A DNA stretch of 58,784 nucleotides from Alphaproteobacteria bacterium (GCA_017471805.1 JAFURS010000016.1:1-58784); one strand, 5' to 3'; positions 44,921-55,090 are shown, numbered from the stretch's first letter. Numbers and translations are program-made. The notes: generated by a model not told the origin, from the letters alone.

Positions 44921-46999
44921 TCAGTCTTCAAGGAAACTGCGCAATTTACGGGCACGTGTTGGATGTTTTAATTTATTCAGTGCCTTTTGCTCAATCTGAC
45001 GAATACGTTCACGTGTGACGCCGATGTATTCACCAACCTCTTCCAGGGTGCTGGTGCTGTTGGTTGACATACCAAAACGACGACGCAGGACCGTTTCTTC
45101 CTTGGGGTCCAGTTCAGCCAAAATCCGGGTGATAATTTCACGCAGATTCTTTTGGGCGGCCGATGTGAACGGATTCTTGGCCGTTTCATCAGCAATGATT
45201 TCAATTCTGGAACTGTCATCTTCGGTGCCAACGGGCGCTTCTAGTGAAATTGGTTTCAGATTTACCTTCATAGCCTTGTGAATCTTGTCAACAGGCAGGT
45301 AAATAATCTTGGACAATTCTTCGGCAGTTGGTTGACGGCCATATTTGTGCTTAAATTGACGTGAGGCACGTTGAATCTTGTGAATATTGTCAATCATATG
45401 AACTGGGATTCGAATTGTGCGGGCCTGGTCTGCGATACTGCGTGAAATACCCTGTTGAATCCAGTTAGTTGCATAGGTCGAAAATTTATTCCCCAGTCGA
45501 TAATCGAATTTATCAACCGCCTTCATCAAACCAATGTTGCCGTCCTGAACCAAGTCAGAGAAATCAAGCCCAAGGCCACGATTGCTGGACTTTTTTGCAA
45601 ATTTGATAACCAGACGTAAGTTCGCTTCTATCATTTCACGTTTTGCACGGGCGGCTTCGGCCTGGCCACGACGAACAAGTTCAACGACCTTTTTATATTC
45701 TGCGGTTGGTTGCCCTGTTTCGTTTGCAATTGCGGTGATGTCTTCTTGGATTTTCAGAATTTCATTCTGGTATTTGGTGGCAAAGTTCACCCAGGCGGAA
45801 TTTTTACTTTTCGCCATCTTCTTGACCCAATTGCGATTCAATTCATTGCCGGTGTATTCTGCCAAGAAATCTTCACGCTTAACCTTGTTTGCCAGGGCCA
45901 AACGCAACAATTTTCCTTCGAGTCCCATCAACAACTGATCACGTTTGGTTAATTGTTCCAGAATTTCTGCAATTCTGTCATCGTTCAGACGTATCTTGCT
46001 GACGTGTTCAAACAATTCCAGACGCATTTTTGTGTATTTCTTTTCCAGTGCCGCATCTGGGGTGTCAGATGTCAACAGATTTTCCAGACGTTTTGCCTGT
46101 AATTTCTGCATACTGTTAAATATGCGTTTGATTTTCGAGAACAAATCCATAACCATTGGGGTCAAAGATTCTTCCATAACTGGAATTGGCACCCCAGATG
46201 TCCCACGTGGTGTATCTTCTTTCTTGATACCGTCTTCGTCTTCTTCGTCCTCTTCCTCGTCTTCTTCGACGGTTGTGTCTGTTAAATCATCCAGTTCGTC
46301 ATCGTCCAGTTCGTCAACGTGTTCGACACCCTTGGACTTTAATGCCTCGGACAAAGCGGCAAGGGATTTTTGTTCGGATTCACTGGAATACATAACTTCT
46401 AGGTTCACAATATAACGCAGACGAATATCTTCATTTAACAATTGTTGATACCAATCCAACATAGCCTGAATTGTCATTGGACTTTCGCACAGGCCATAGA
46501 CCATCAATCGAGATGCCGCTTCGATACGTTGGGCGATTGCAACCTCGCCCGCTGCGGTTAATAACTGAACCGTGCCAATTTGCTTTAAGTATGATTGAAC
46601 AGAATCTTGGACACCCAAAACCAAAGAACCAGTTTGACTGCGTTCCAACTGTTTGGCATAGTGTTCATAGTCGTCATCGTTAACATCAACCTGTTCGGCG
46701 TCCGCATTTAGTAAATTGCGTGTCTTGTCACGTGATTCTTCGTCATCGTTGTCAAAATAACGCCCTAAATCCTGTGGATAATTATCAGATTCCAGAATTT
46801 CAAGCCCCAGGTCTTGTTGAAAGAAATCAAGAACCTCGTCCTGTTCAGATTCTGGGATTTCGTCCGCTTCGGTTGCGGCCGTGAAATCCATTTGCGATAG
46901 ATAGCCAACCTCGATTGCGGTTGTCGCCAGTTTCTGCAAGTTTTCAGGCAAGGATTCAATTAAAAGTTTTGTTGCTTCGTCCAGTTTTTTTACCATCAA
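44921..46999 (-). CDS. rpoD: RNA polymerase primary sigma factor RpoD
   Basis: Acidic insert (EEDEEEDEEDEDG); regions 2-4: IEANLRLVIKFAKK, DLVQDGNIGLMKAVDKFDY, STYATNWIQQGISR, TLEEVGEYIGVTRERIRQIE. Confidence 0.97.
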   Translation of the reverse strand: MMVKKLDEATKLLIESLPENLQKLATTAIEVGYLSQMDFTAATEADEIPESEQDEVLDFFQQDLGLEILESDNYPQDLGRYFDNDDEESRDKTRNLLNADAEQVDVNDDDYEHYAKQLERSQTGSLVLGVQDSVQSYLKQIGTVQLLTAAGEVAIAQRIEAASRLMVYGLCESPMTIQAMLDWYQQLLNEDIRLRYIVNLEVMYSSESEQKSLAALSEALKSKGVEHVDELDDDELDDLTDTTVEEDEEEDEEDEDGIKKEDTPRGTSGVPIPVMEESLTPMVMDLFSKIKRIFNSMQKLQAKRLENLLTSDTPDAALEKKYTKMRLELFEHVSKIRLNDDRIAEILEQLTKRDQLLMGLEGKLLRLALANKVKREDFLAEYTGNELNRNWVKKMAKSKNSAWVNFATKYQNEILKIQEDITAIANETGQPTAEYKKVVELVRRGQAEAARAKREMIEANLRLVIKFAKKSSNRGLGLDFSDLVQDGNIGLMKAVDKFDYRLGNKFSTYATNWIQQGISRSIADQARTIRIPVHMIDNIHKIQRASRQFKHKYGRQPTAEELSKIIYLPVDKIHKAMKVNLKPISLEAPVGTEDDSSRIEIIADETAKNPFTSAAQKNLREIITRILAELDPKEETVLRRRFGMSTNSTSTLEEVGEYIGVTRERIRQIEQKALNKLKHPTRARKLRSFLED

Positions 47000-47041
47000 T
47001 CACCCCGTCACAGTTTTTATGAATTTGCGATTTGTAAAAAA

Positions 47042-47602
47042 TTATTTCTTTTTAGATTTGTTCTTCTTTTTAGGGGCAGACGCCTGCTTTTGCGCCTTGG
47101 CAATTGCATCGTGGATTGCAGATTCAGATACCAACCCCAAAACAATTGGACTTTGAATTTGGATTTCCTTGATTGACTTGTGCGTTTTGTTGCGAATTGA
47201 ATTAACCGTTGGGTTCGTGCTGCGCATCAGGCGGGCAATCTGGCCGTCGGACAATTCAGGATAGTTCTTTAAAATCCAGGCAATTCCACCAAGACGATTT
47301 TGACGGTGGATTTTTGGTGTATAACCAACGCCTTTTTTGTTTTGCTTTTGTTGTGCGTCGATAATTTCTTTGCGCAATGTCAGACGGGCAGACGCATCGG
47401 CTTCGCACTGTGCGATGTCTTCACGGGTGACCTGGCCACTTAAAATCGGATTCAATGGTTGCACTTTATACGTTTCTGCATCAGCAATATTTTTTACTTC
47501 TAATTCGTGCAGACCGCAGAATTCAGCGATTTGTTCAAATGTCAATGATGTGTTTTCAATTAACCACAAGGCTGTTGATTTTGGCATATATGGATAGTTC
47601 AT
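47042..47602 (-). CDS. DUF1013 domain protein (conserved alphaproteobacterial)
   Basis: MPKSTALWLIENTSLTFEQIAEFCGLHELEVKNIADAE matches the DUF1013 N-terminal signature. Confidence 0.85.
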   Translation of the reverse strand: MNYPYMPKSTALWLIENTSLTFEQIAEFCGLHELEVKNIADAETYKVQPLNPILSGQVTREDIAQCEADASARLTLRKEIIDAQQKQNKKGVGYTPKIHRQNRLGGIAWILKNYPELSDGQIARLMRSTNPTVNSIRNKTHKSIKEIQIQSPIVLGLVSESAIHDAIAKAQKQASAPKKKNKSKKK

Positions 47603-47667
47603 GGAAATTTCCTCTATTGTTAACGGGGGGTAATATACACTAAAATTACCCTAGTTTCAACCATTTT

Positions 47668-48954
47668 TTATCTTTTTGTGTTATGATTTTGCTCATAGGC
47701 AATTTGTTTCAACAACTCTTGCGTTGCGGCACGTTCAGATATATAGTGCACCCCTGCTAAACGGGTTGCAATTCGGTCAATCTGGGCATCAGAAACAGTA
47801 TAAAAATCTTGCAAATTAGGGGTGTTAACAGAAAACACTACCGAATTTTTATCATCAAGATCCATAACAAATGCAAAATCAGACACTTTGTCAGCCGGTA
47901 TATAGCAACCGTCGATTATGTATTCTGAATCTTGGGCGTATTCGGCAAAAAGTTCGGCAATATTTGTCACACCTGGAAATCTTTGTGCCAAATCTTCTGG
48001 GGACAAAATCAGCCCAGCATCGTGGCGACGTTTGATTTCTTGGTGATGCGCAATACGTTTATTCAATTCTGCCTGTTGTTGCGCCAGGTAAATTTCTTCT
48101 AGTTCTTGCTTTGATTTTTGTTTTGTTTCCGCCTGGATTCTGTAAGCCTTGTCAATATCATCAAACTGCATAATTTTTGTTGCAATTGACGACTTTTCAC
48201 GTCCCAGGGCGGCGTTATCCCTGTGCTGATGCGTGCGATTTTTGTGCCAGGTGGCAAAATCATCACGGGCGGTGCGTTTAAGGTATGGACGGACACCACC
48301 GTTCTTGTAATAACCGTATTGTTTTTGGAATAATACGTCGTCTGGATACAGGGCTTTATAGGCCTTGAAATCGGAAAAATGGACCTTGGTCCCCAACCAT
48401 TCGGACAATGTTGTGCCATCGACATAGTCTTTTAGATTTATTTTGCCCTGGCCATTTTTGTTTGCGCGCCATTGTCTGAAATCGTGGAACGCATCCGATT
48501 TTAGAAAATATTTGGTCTGGCTGACGCCCTGCCAGGAATTATAATCCTGAACCGCAAGGACGGATTCGGGGTGCAGGCGTTGATATTCCCGGATTTCAAA
48601 AACCGTCACTGCCGGTGTATCCAGATATTCCATTTCAATCAAATCCCCACAGGTGCGTTTGATTAAAACCAGTTCTTTTAATGCCGCACAGGTCTGGTTT
48701 TTTCCCCACAAACGCAGTGGCAATTTATAATGCATAGCAAACGACAAAACGTATTCCAGGACATCGTGCTTGTTGGTCAATTTCTTGTTATAAAGTCCGT
48801 CAAATTCAGCGACCGATGCAGTCAATTTTGTGCGCAAAATATGCGAAAACATTTCCGAAATGGGTATAAGATGAAAACTGTCGTGGACAGGAACGAATTT
48901 ATAATAAATCTCTTCCAGGATAGAAAAATCATTGTGTAATGTATAGCGTGCCAT
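47668..48954 (-). CDS. Hypothetical protein (428 aa)
   Basis: Long ORF with a GGGGAT Shine-Dalgarno; central basic/coiled segment; no recognisable motif. Confidence 0.6.
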   Translation of the reverse strand: MARYTLHNDFSILEEIYYKFVPVHDSFHLIPISEMFSHILRTKLTASVAEFDGLYNKKLTNKHDVLEYVLSFAMHYKLPLRLWGKNQTCAALKELVLIKRTCGDLIEMEYLDTPAVTVFEIREYQRLHPESVLAVQDYNSWQGVSQTKYFLKSDAFHDFRQWRANKNGQGKINLKDYVDGTTLSEWLGTKVHFSDFKAYKALYPDDVLFQKQYGYYKNGGVRPYLKRTARDDFATWHKNRTHQHRDNAALGREKSSIATKIMQFDDIDKAYRIQAETKQKSKQELEEIYLAQQQAELNKRIAHHQEIKRRHDAGLILSPEDLAQRFPGVTNIAELFAEYAQDSEYIIDGCYIPADKVSDFAFVMDLDDKNSVVFSVNTPNLQDFYTVSDAQIDRIATRLAGVHYISERAATQELLKQIAYEQNHNTKR

Positions 48955-49026
48955 AACATCCCCGTTTTTTGTATTAGCCTATTCCATATAATACAAAAAT
49001 ATGCAATTGTCAACATTTGTTGTTGA

Positions 49027-49055
49027 AAAACGCCCTTTTTCGGGGCGTTTTTTGT
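49027..49055 (-). terminator. Terminator after cysS
   Basis: Minus strand AAAAAACGCCCC-GAAAAA-GGGCGTTTTT. Confidence 0.75.
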
Positions 49056-49070
49056 GTTTTTATACTAAAA

Positions 49071-50495
49071 TTATGCTTTTTTGACTATTTTATAGCCGTC
49101 TTTGCCGTCCAAAACGGTCCAGCCGGCGGCGTCGATTTCATTTCGCAACGCATCAGCCGTTGCCCAATCACGATTTGCCTTGGCATCGGCACGGCGGTCG
49201 GCCAGTGCAACAATTTCCGCCGGCGCAGTTTCATTTTCCAGGGCGGCTAGTTTTTTTGCCCGGTCAATAAATTGCAAGCCCAGTAAATCATCAACAAAAC
49301 GAACCAGCGCCAATTTAGTCGCATTGTTTATATCTGATGATTTAACAAATTCCTGTAACATAACCAATACAGACGCAGTTTTCAGATTGTCCGACATCAC
49401 AGATACCATTTCGTCGTGCCATTTGTCATAGACAGCCTGATCGACGTTGCCAGCACTGTCGGTTATCAAATCTGCAACACGGCGCACCAAGTTCGCATAA
49501 CTTTTGGCAGTTGCGTCCATTGTTTCCCACGAAAACGCCAACTGTGACTGATAATGCCCCATCGCAACAAAATAACGATAGACCATTGGGTCATAACCAC
49601 GATTGCGCACGGCGTCCATACCCAAGAATTCGCCTTTGGACTTTGCCATCTTTTCGCCTGATTTATCCAGCAAGAAACTGTAATGCAACCAGGTGTTAAC
49701 CCACGGCGCACCAGTTATTGGTTCACTTTGCGCAATTTCGTTGGCGTGATGAACACGTGACAGATCTTCGCCGCCAGTATGAATATCAAAGTGGTTGCCC
49801 AGTAACTTCATACTCATTGCGCTGCACTCTGCGTGCCAACCAGGGAATCCGACGCCCCACGGGCTGTCCCATTCCATTTGGCGTTTGGTGTCGGTGGGCG
49901 AATATTTCCACAATGCAAAGTCTGTTGGATTGCGCTTGGCATCGTTATAGCCAACACGTGCGCCGGCACGCAGACCAGACAACGACCCACCAGTCAATGC
50001 GCCGTATGCTGCAAATTTTGACGTGTCATAGTAAATACCGTCGCCCGGAATTTCATAGGTATAACCCAAATCCTGTAATTTCTGAACCAGTTCTATCTGT
50101 TCTGGGATATAGTCTGTGGCGTGTGGCATTACCGTTGGCGCAATCATATTCAAATCGTTAAAGTCACGCAAAAATTCATCTTTATAGAACTTTGCAATAT
50201 CCCATACAGATTTGTTGTCACGGGCGGCGCCTTTTTCCATTTTATCTTCGCCAGAATCGTCTTCGTCATTGGTTAAATGCCCAACGTCGGTTATGTTCAT
50301 AACGTGACGAACATCATAACCGTTCGCCAAGAACATACGCTTTAAGAAATCATTGTGTAAAAACGTGCGCAAATTCCCCAGATGTGTATAATGATAAACC
50401 GTTGGACCGCATGAATAAAAGCCAACCTTGCCCTGCTCTAATGGTTTAAATTCTTCTAGTTTGCGTGTCAGTGTATTATATAATCTGATTGTCAT
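49071..50495 (-). CDS. cysS: Cysteine--tRNA ligase
   Basis: FYSCGPTVYHYTHLGNLR (HIGH region), KMAKSKG (KMSKS), 474 aa. Confidence 0.96.
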   Translation of the reverse strand: MTIRLYNTLTRKLEEFKPLEQGKVGFYSCGPTVYHYTHLGNLRTFLHNDFLKRMFLANGYDVRHVMNITDVGHLTNDEDDSGEDKMEKGAARDNKSVWDIAKFYKDEFLRDFNDLNMIAPTVMPHATDYIPEQIELVQKLQDLGYTYEIPGDGIYYDTSKFAAYGALTGGSLSGLRAGARVGYNDAKRNPTDFALWKYSPTDTKRQMEWDSPWGVGFPGWHAECSAMSMKLLGNHFDIHTGGEDLSRVHHANEIAQSEPITGAPWVNTWLHYSFLLDKSGEKMAKSKGEFLGMDAVRNRGYDPMVYRYFVAMGHYQSQLAFSWETMDATAKSYANLVRRVADLITDSAGNVDQAVYDKWHDEMVSVMSDNLKTASVLVMLQEFVKSSDINNATKLALVRFVDDLLGLQFIDRAKKLAALENETAPAEIVALADRRADAKANRDWATADALRNEIDAAGWTVLDGKDGYKIVKKA

Positions 50496-50768
50496 TGTGC
50501 GTCCTTTCAGGTTTATTTGTAATTGAAATTTTAATAATTACGTGATTGAAATGCAAACAAATTCAGTTTGCAGAAAATGCAATATTAGCGACAACAGTAA
50601 AAGTTTATAAAACGAATTGTCATAATTGTATTATGACACCGTTTGAACAAGAAAGTCAAGACGCAAAACATTCATATTTTAGCCACCATCTGGGTCGCAA
50701 ATGCGCCCCATCCCCCGCCAAGGACGGGGGACATTTTGACGGAGCCTCTAATGCCTATATAAGTGTAT

Positions 50769-50827
50769 GCAGCAAAAAATTAAACCCGACAAAGGTCGGG
50801 TTGAATTTTCTGGCGGAGCGTATAGGA
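50769..50827 (-). repeat. 59-nt direct repeat (copy 1) = terminator hairpin + last 17 nt of tRNA-Ser(GCU); copy 2 at 50949-51007
   Basis: Identical except one loop position (50794 G versus 50974 A); period exactly 180 nt. Confidence 0.9.
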
Positions 50828-50990
50828 TTGGACTCCCCTTCCCGCCAGGGGCGGGTGGGGATACCCCTCTCCACCCGTGACAATTTGGGGGCGCTATGCT
50901 TCCCAAATCTACTTCGTGTCGAACCTTGACGGTTCTCGTCCTACGTCCGCAGCAAAAAATTAAACCCGACAAAAGTCGGGTTGAATTTTC

Positions 50991-51078
50991 TGGCGGAGCG
51001 TATAGGACTCGAACCTATGGACCAAAAATTTCGGTCACAGATTAGCAATCTGCTGCATTACCACTCTGCCAACGCTCC
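50991..51078 (-). tRNA. tRNA-Ser (anticodon GCU), CCA encoded
   Basis: GGAGCGT...GCAGA-TTGCTAA-TCTGT, long variable arm GACCGAAATTTTTGGTCC, ATAGG-TTCGAGT-CCTAT-ACGCTCC-G-CCA; 88 nt. Confidence 0.95.
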
Positions 51079-51204
51079 GTGCAGGGGGTATTATATAGAA
51101 AACTTAATTTAAATGCAAGTGGTAAAATCTGTTTTTTTATGGACAAATACCGATTTTTTAGTAATATCCGATAAATACACAACAACTTAACAAAGATTAA
51201 AAAT

Positions 51205-51720
51205 ATGTTTAAGGAAGTATGTTTTTCTAAGTCTTATAAAATGATGTGGTTAACAAAGATGGGGTTGGGCGATCAAACCACAACCGGTTTTAATATAAAA
51301 AGTATGTCCGAATACTTTCCAGGCAGACAGTTTGTCGCAAAAGGCAACCCAGCCAGGCCGACATCGAACCGATTTGGTGTTATTGCCAACGAACCCGTCT
51401 TTCATTTTTGTGATAATGCTGTTGATACTTTGATGTGGTATTGGGAAGTGTTTTCTTTCTTTGATGACGAAGGACCTATAATCAACTTTTTTGAAATTAA
51501 ACCCCTGGCCAAGGTTTTTAAAAACAGGGCCCCAGACGAAACAATGCTGTATCAGTGCGGAACAAATAGTTTTGAAATTGTAAAACGAACAAATATACAA
51601 TGTGTTGCACAGGACGCCTGTAAGGAAATTGAAAATAATCATCAAAAAATAATAGATAGATATCCAAACTATGATATGAAAGATTTTATCTTGCGTATAA
51701 AAAGACAGGCACAAAAATAA
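51205..51720 (+). CDS. Hypothetical protein (171 aa; start uncertain)
   Basis: ORF only; weak ribosome-binding site. Confidence 0.45.
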   Translation: MFKEVCFSKSYKMMWLTKMGLGDQTTTGFNIKSMSEYFPGRQFVAKGNPARPTSNRFGVIANEPVFHFCDNAVDTLMWYWEVFSFFDDEGPIINFFEIKPLAKVFKNRAPDETMLYQCGTNSFEIVKRTNIQCVAQDACKEIENNHQKIIDRYPNYDMKDFILRIKRQAQK

Positions 51721-51740
51721 ATCCCACCAGTTGGTGGGAT
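51721..51740. terminator. Hairpin shared by the convergent genes 51205-51720 and accD-accA
   Basis: ATCCCACC-AGT-TGGTGGGAT flanked by AAATAA / TTATTA. Confidence 0.6.
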
Positions 51741-51743
51741 TTA

Positions 51744-53489
51744 TTAGTGTTCTTCGCCAACGTGTTCGGGCTGATAAATCTCAACATCACGGGTCATTGC
51801 CAAGAACTTTTCAGCACGACGTGATGGTAATTCAGACACTGGAATCTGTTGCAGTTCCAATATGTGTTTCGCAACAGATTTGCCCAATAATTCCATCGTC
51901 GTTTGCCAGTCTGTGTGCGCACCACCCGCAGGTTCGTGAATAATCTCGTCAATGACGTTCATATCCGCCATATCACGTGCTGTCAAGCGCATCGCCGTGG
52001 CGGCGGTGGCCTTGTAATTATTATCACGCCATAAAATACTGGCGCAGGATTCAGGCGCAATTACAGAATAAATCGCATTTTCTAGCATCAAAACACGGTC
52101 GCCTGTGCCAATCGCAATTGCACCGCCAGACCCACCCTGGCCTACGTTAACAGCAACATAAGGGGTTTTAATCGACAGCCCCATTGCAATCGATGACGCA
52201 ACCGCCTGGGATTGGCCACGTTCTTCGCCTTCACGGCCGGCAAATGCACCAGCGGTGTCAAACAGGGAAATCAGTGGCAATTCAAACTTCTCGGCCAGGC
52301 GCATCATTCGCTGGGCCTTGCGATAGCCGTCGGGATTCGCCATACCAAAACGATGCTTTTGACGGGTTTCGATACTGCGCCCCTGTTCTTGCCCGATAAT
52401 AACAGCCGGTATTCCACGCCAAAAACCAATTCCAGACGCCATTGCGGCATCTTCGGAATATAATCTGTCGCCCGCCAGGTATGTCCAATCGTCAACAATA
52501 CCGTTTATGTAATCCAGAAAATGTGGACGGTTTTCATTGCGGGCCAACAATACTTTATCATACGCTTCGGACTCGCCCATACCACGAATCTTTTTCGAAG
52601 AATCGTGTGGCGGGGTCGTTGCAACAATTTGCTTTGGCGCACGTTCCTGTTTAGTCAAAACAGATAATATACGTGCCAATGCATCGTGCAGTTCACCACG
52701 GGCAACAACCATATCAACCATACCGTGTTCATATAAATAATCAGCCGTCTGGAAATTAGATGGTAATTTTTCACGGATATTCTGTTCGATAACACGACGA
52801 CCTGCAAATCCAATGCGGGCGCCCTTTTCCGCAATGTGAATATCCCCCAACATTGCAAACGATGCAGTCACACCGCCAAATGTAGGGTCAGTCAACAAAA
52901 CAATATATGGAATACCGTTTGCGTGCAATTTGTTCACAGCAACAGTTGTGCGTGCCATTTGCATCAAAGACAAAATGTTTTCCTGCATACGGGCGCCACC
53001 ACTGGACGTGACCATAATAAACGGACGGCGTTCAGAAACAGCGTGTTCAATTGCCGCAACAATAGCATCGCCAGCCGCACGCCCCATTGACCCCATCATA
53101 AACAAACCGTTCAGGACACATACCGTTGATGGAATCCCGCCAATAACACCATCCGCCGTGGAAACCGCATCATAACAACCCGTTTCGGATCGTGCCTCGG
53201 TCAGGCGGTCTTGGTAAGGGACACGGTCAACAAACTGTAATGGGTCGTCTGATACATTTGGCGACGGCAGACGCACCCACGAATTATCATCAAATAATAA
53301 ATCAAATCGCTGTTTAGGGGTCATTATAAATGCACGACCACAACTGGGACAGATGTATTTATTATCTTTGTAATCCTTGTAATAAACCAGTTTGCCACAC
53401 GATTCGCACTTAATCCACATCAGGCGACGAACACGTTCATAGCGTTCACGATTACGATTTTTTATGCCTGATTTTTTTCCAAATAACAT
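51744..53489 (-). CDS. accDA: Fused acetyl-CoA carboxylase carboxyltransferase, beta (AccD) + alpha (AccA) in one 581-aa polypeptide
   Basis: N-terminal Zn ribbon CESCGKLVYY...CPSCG and GGARMQE (AccD). C-terminal half FGMANPDGYRKAQRMMRLAEKF..., GQGGSGGAIAIG, EPAGGAH (AccA). Confidence 0.9.
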   Translation of the reverse strand: MLFGKKSGIKNRNRERYERVRRLMWIKCESCGKLVYYKDYKDNKYICPSCGRAFIMTPKQRFDLLFDDNSWVRLPSPNVSDDPLQFVDRVPYQDRLTEARSETGCYDAVSTADGVIGGIPSTVCVLNGLFMMGSMGRAAGDAIVAAIEHAVSERRPFIMVTSSGGARMQENILSLMQMARTTVAVNKLHANGIPYIVLLTDPTFGGVTASFAMLGDIHIAEKGARIGFAGRRVIEQNIREKLPSNFQTADYLYEHGMVDMVVARGELHDALARILSVLTKQERAPKQIVATTPPHDSSKKIRGMGESEAYDKVLLARNENRPHFLDYINGIVDDWTYLAGDRLYSEDAAMASGIGFWRGIPAVIIGQEQGRSIETRQKHRFGMANPDGYRKAQRMMRLAEKFELPLISLFDTAGAFAGREGEERGQSQAVASSIAMGLSIKTPYVAVNVGQGGSGGAIAIGTGDRVLMLENAIYSVIAPESCASILWRDNNYKATAATAMRLTARDMADMNVIDEIIHEPAGGAHTDWQTTMELLGKSVAKHILELQQIPVSELPSRRAEKFLAMTRDVEIYQPEHVGEEH

Positions 53490-53491
53490 AA

Positions 53492-53773
53492 TTATTGTCC
53501 ATTCATCTTTTTAGTTAATTCACGACTGGGCTTGAACAGAATTGTTGTGCTGGCCGGTAATGGCATAGGCTGACCGGTGCAAGGATTATAACCTATTTTA
53601 GTGGCACGGGCCCGTGGTTGAAATGTGCCAAAACCACGAATCTCAATCCGATCGCCGTTGGCAACAGATTCAATCATCTGGTCGGAAACAGTATCCAAGA
53701 TAGCAGCCGCATCAGATGTGCGCATATGTTTAAATTTTACTTGAATTGAACGAACTATGTCAGAGCGTTTCAT
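53492..53773 (-). CDS. ihfB: Integration host factor beta subunit / HU-family DNA-binding protein
   Basis: GDRIEIRGFGTF...GYNPCTGQPMPLPASTTILFKPSRELTKKMN; 93 aa. Confidence 0.85.
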   Translation of the reverse strand: MKRSDIVRSIQVKFKHMRTSDAAAILDTVSDQMIESVANGDRIEIRGFGTFQPRARATKIGYNPCTGQPMPLPASTTILFKPSRELTKKMNGQ

Positions 53774-53918
53774 TTTTTTACATCCTTTGTTCTTGCCCCA
53801 TATTATTTATATCTTAGCACATTTTATCAAGAGTAAAGTTTTTTTATTGTCGGAATACGTTCCTGTGCATAAAAATCAGCCAATTTGTTATGCTTTTATG
53901 TGATAAAAAGGAGAAAAT

Positions 53919-54650
53919 ATGGATGATTTTTTGGACCTGTGCGAGTCAGACATTGCAGATAACACAGATTCTGAATTTGTAAAATTGCCCCTTATTGGCG
54001 AAATTGCCCCGGAATTTGTAGCAAATACGACAAATGGCGCAATCAAATTCCCAGATGATTTTATCGGCAGTTGGGTTATATTATTTTCACACCCGTCAGA
54101 TTTTACGCCAGTATGCACATCTGAATTTATTGCATTTCAAAAAGAAATCCAGGAATTTGAAAAATTAAATGCAAAACTGCTGGGGCTGTCGGTGGGGGCA
54201 ATCAGTTCGCACTTGGCCTGGATAGATGCAATTTCAAAGTTGCCAGATGGCGCAGATATTCAATTCCCAGTTATAGACGATGCAAATATGCGTGTTGCAA
54301 AAAAATACGGTATGATTCATCCAGCGGCATCGGACACCAGTGCCGTGCGTGCAGTCTTTGTAATTGACCCAACGGGAATTATTCGTGCAATTTTATATTA
54401 CCCGGCAGTTCTGGGACGAAATATTTCAGAAATTCGCCGTATGCTTATCGGATTACAGGTCGCAGATAAATTCAAGGTGGCGACACCGGCAAATTGGAAT
54501 CCGGGGGATTTGGTGTTAAGCCCTGCCCCACAGACAGTGAGTGCATTGCGCCAACACACCGGCAAGGAAGCCTGGTTTTATAGTCACAAAGAGTTAAGCG
54601 AAAATGATATTTTTAGCAAAATCGGAAAACAAAAATCTGGTAAAAAATAA
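53919..54650 (+). CDS. 1-Cys (Prx6-type) peroxiredoxin
   Basis: GSWVILFSHPSDFTPVCTSEF active-site motif; AAGGAG Shine-Dalgarno. Confidence 0.9.
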   Translation: MDDFLDLCESDIADNTDSEFVKLPLIGEIAPEFVANTTNGAIKFPDDFIGSWVILFSHPSDFTPVCTSEFIAFQKEIQEFEKLNAKLLGLSVGAISSHLAWIDAISKLPDGADIQFPVIDDANMRVAKKYGMIHPAASDTSAVRAVFVIDPTGIIRAILYYPAVLGRNISEIRRMLIGLQVADKFKVATPANWNPGDLVLSPAPQTVSALRQHTGKEAWFYSHKELSENDIFSKIGKQKSGKK

Positions 54651-54682
54651 TCCTGGGGCCGACCGTCCAATTTTTTTCTGGC

Positions 54683-55045
54683 TTAAAATACCAGCGGAAA
54701 ATCACGGATGTCAACGGGGACGGAATCCCGTTCGGGGTCCCACTGAAATTCGGACATAATAACAGTCTTTTCAGGTGTGAAATTTACCCCTTCGGCTTTT
54801 AATGTTCGATACTGTTCGGCGGCAAAGCCTGAACACAAGGACCCGTCCTTGAATACGACACGGTGCCACGGCAGATTCCAAGACGCAGGATTATTTGACG
54901 CATATCCAACAAATCGTGCGCAACGTGGACGACCAATTAAATTGGCAATTTGCCCAAACGTCGCAACCCGTCCAGACGGAATACGGGCCACAACATCATA
55001 GACCATTTCATTAAAAGTTTTTGCGGGCTGCTGATTTTTTGTCAT
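54683..55045 (-). CDS. Alkyltransferase-like (ATL) / MGMT-family DNA-binding protein lacking the acceptor cysteine
   Basis: VYDVVARIPSGRVATFGQIA...; the active-site PCHRV is replaced by LPWHRVV. The ORF extends to TTG 55096; ATG 55045 is preferred. Confidence 0.8.
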   Translation of the reverse strand: MTKNQQPAKTFNEMVYDVVARIPSGRVATFGQIANLIGRPRCARFVGYASNNPASWNLPWHRVVFKDGSLCSGFAAEQYRTLKAEGVNFTPEKTVIMSEFQWDPERDSVPVDIRDFPLVF

Positions 55046-55090
55046 AGATAAAATTTTATCAAACGATGTAAAAAAGTCAAATATTTGGTC

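Noticed and set aside
50546-50972. ORFs 50546-50929 (+) and 50748-50972 (-) next to tRNA-Ser(GCU)
   Set aside because: They run straight through the 59-nt direct repeat, the terminator hairpin and GC-rich palindromes. The translation merely reflects the repeats, and there is no ribosome-binding site.
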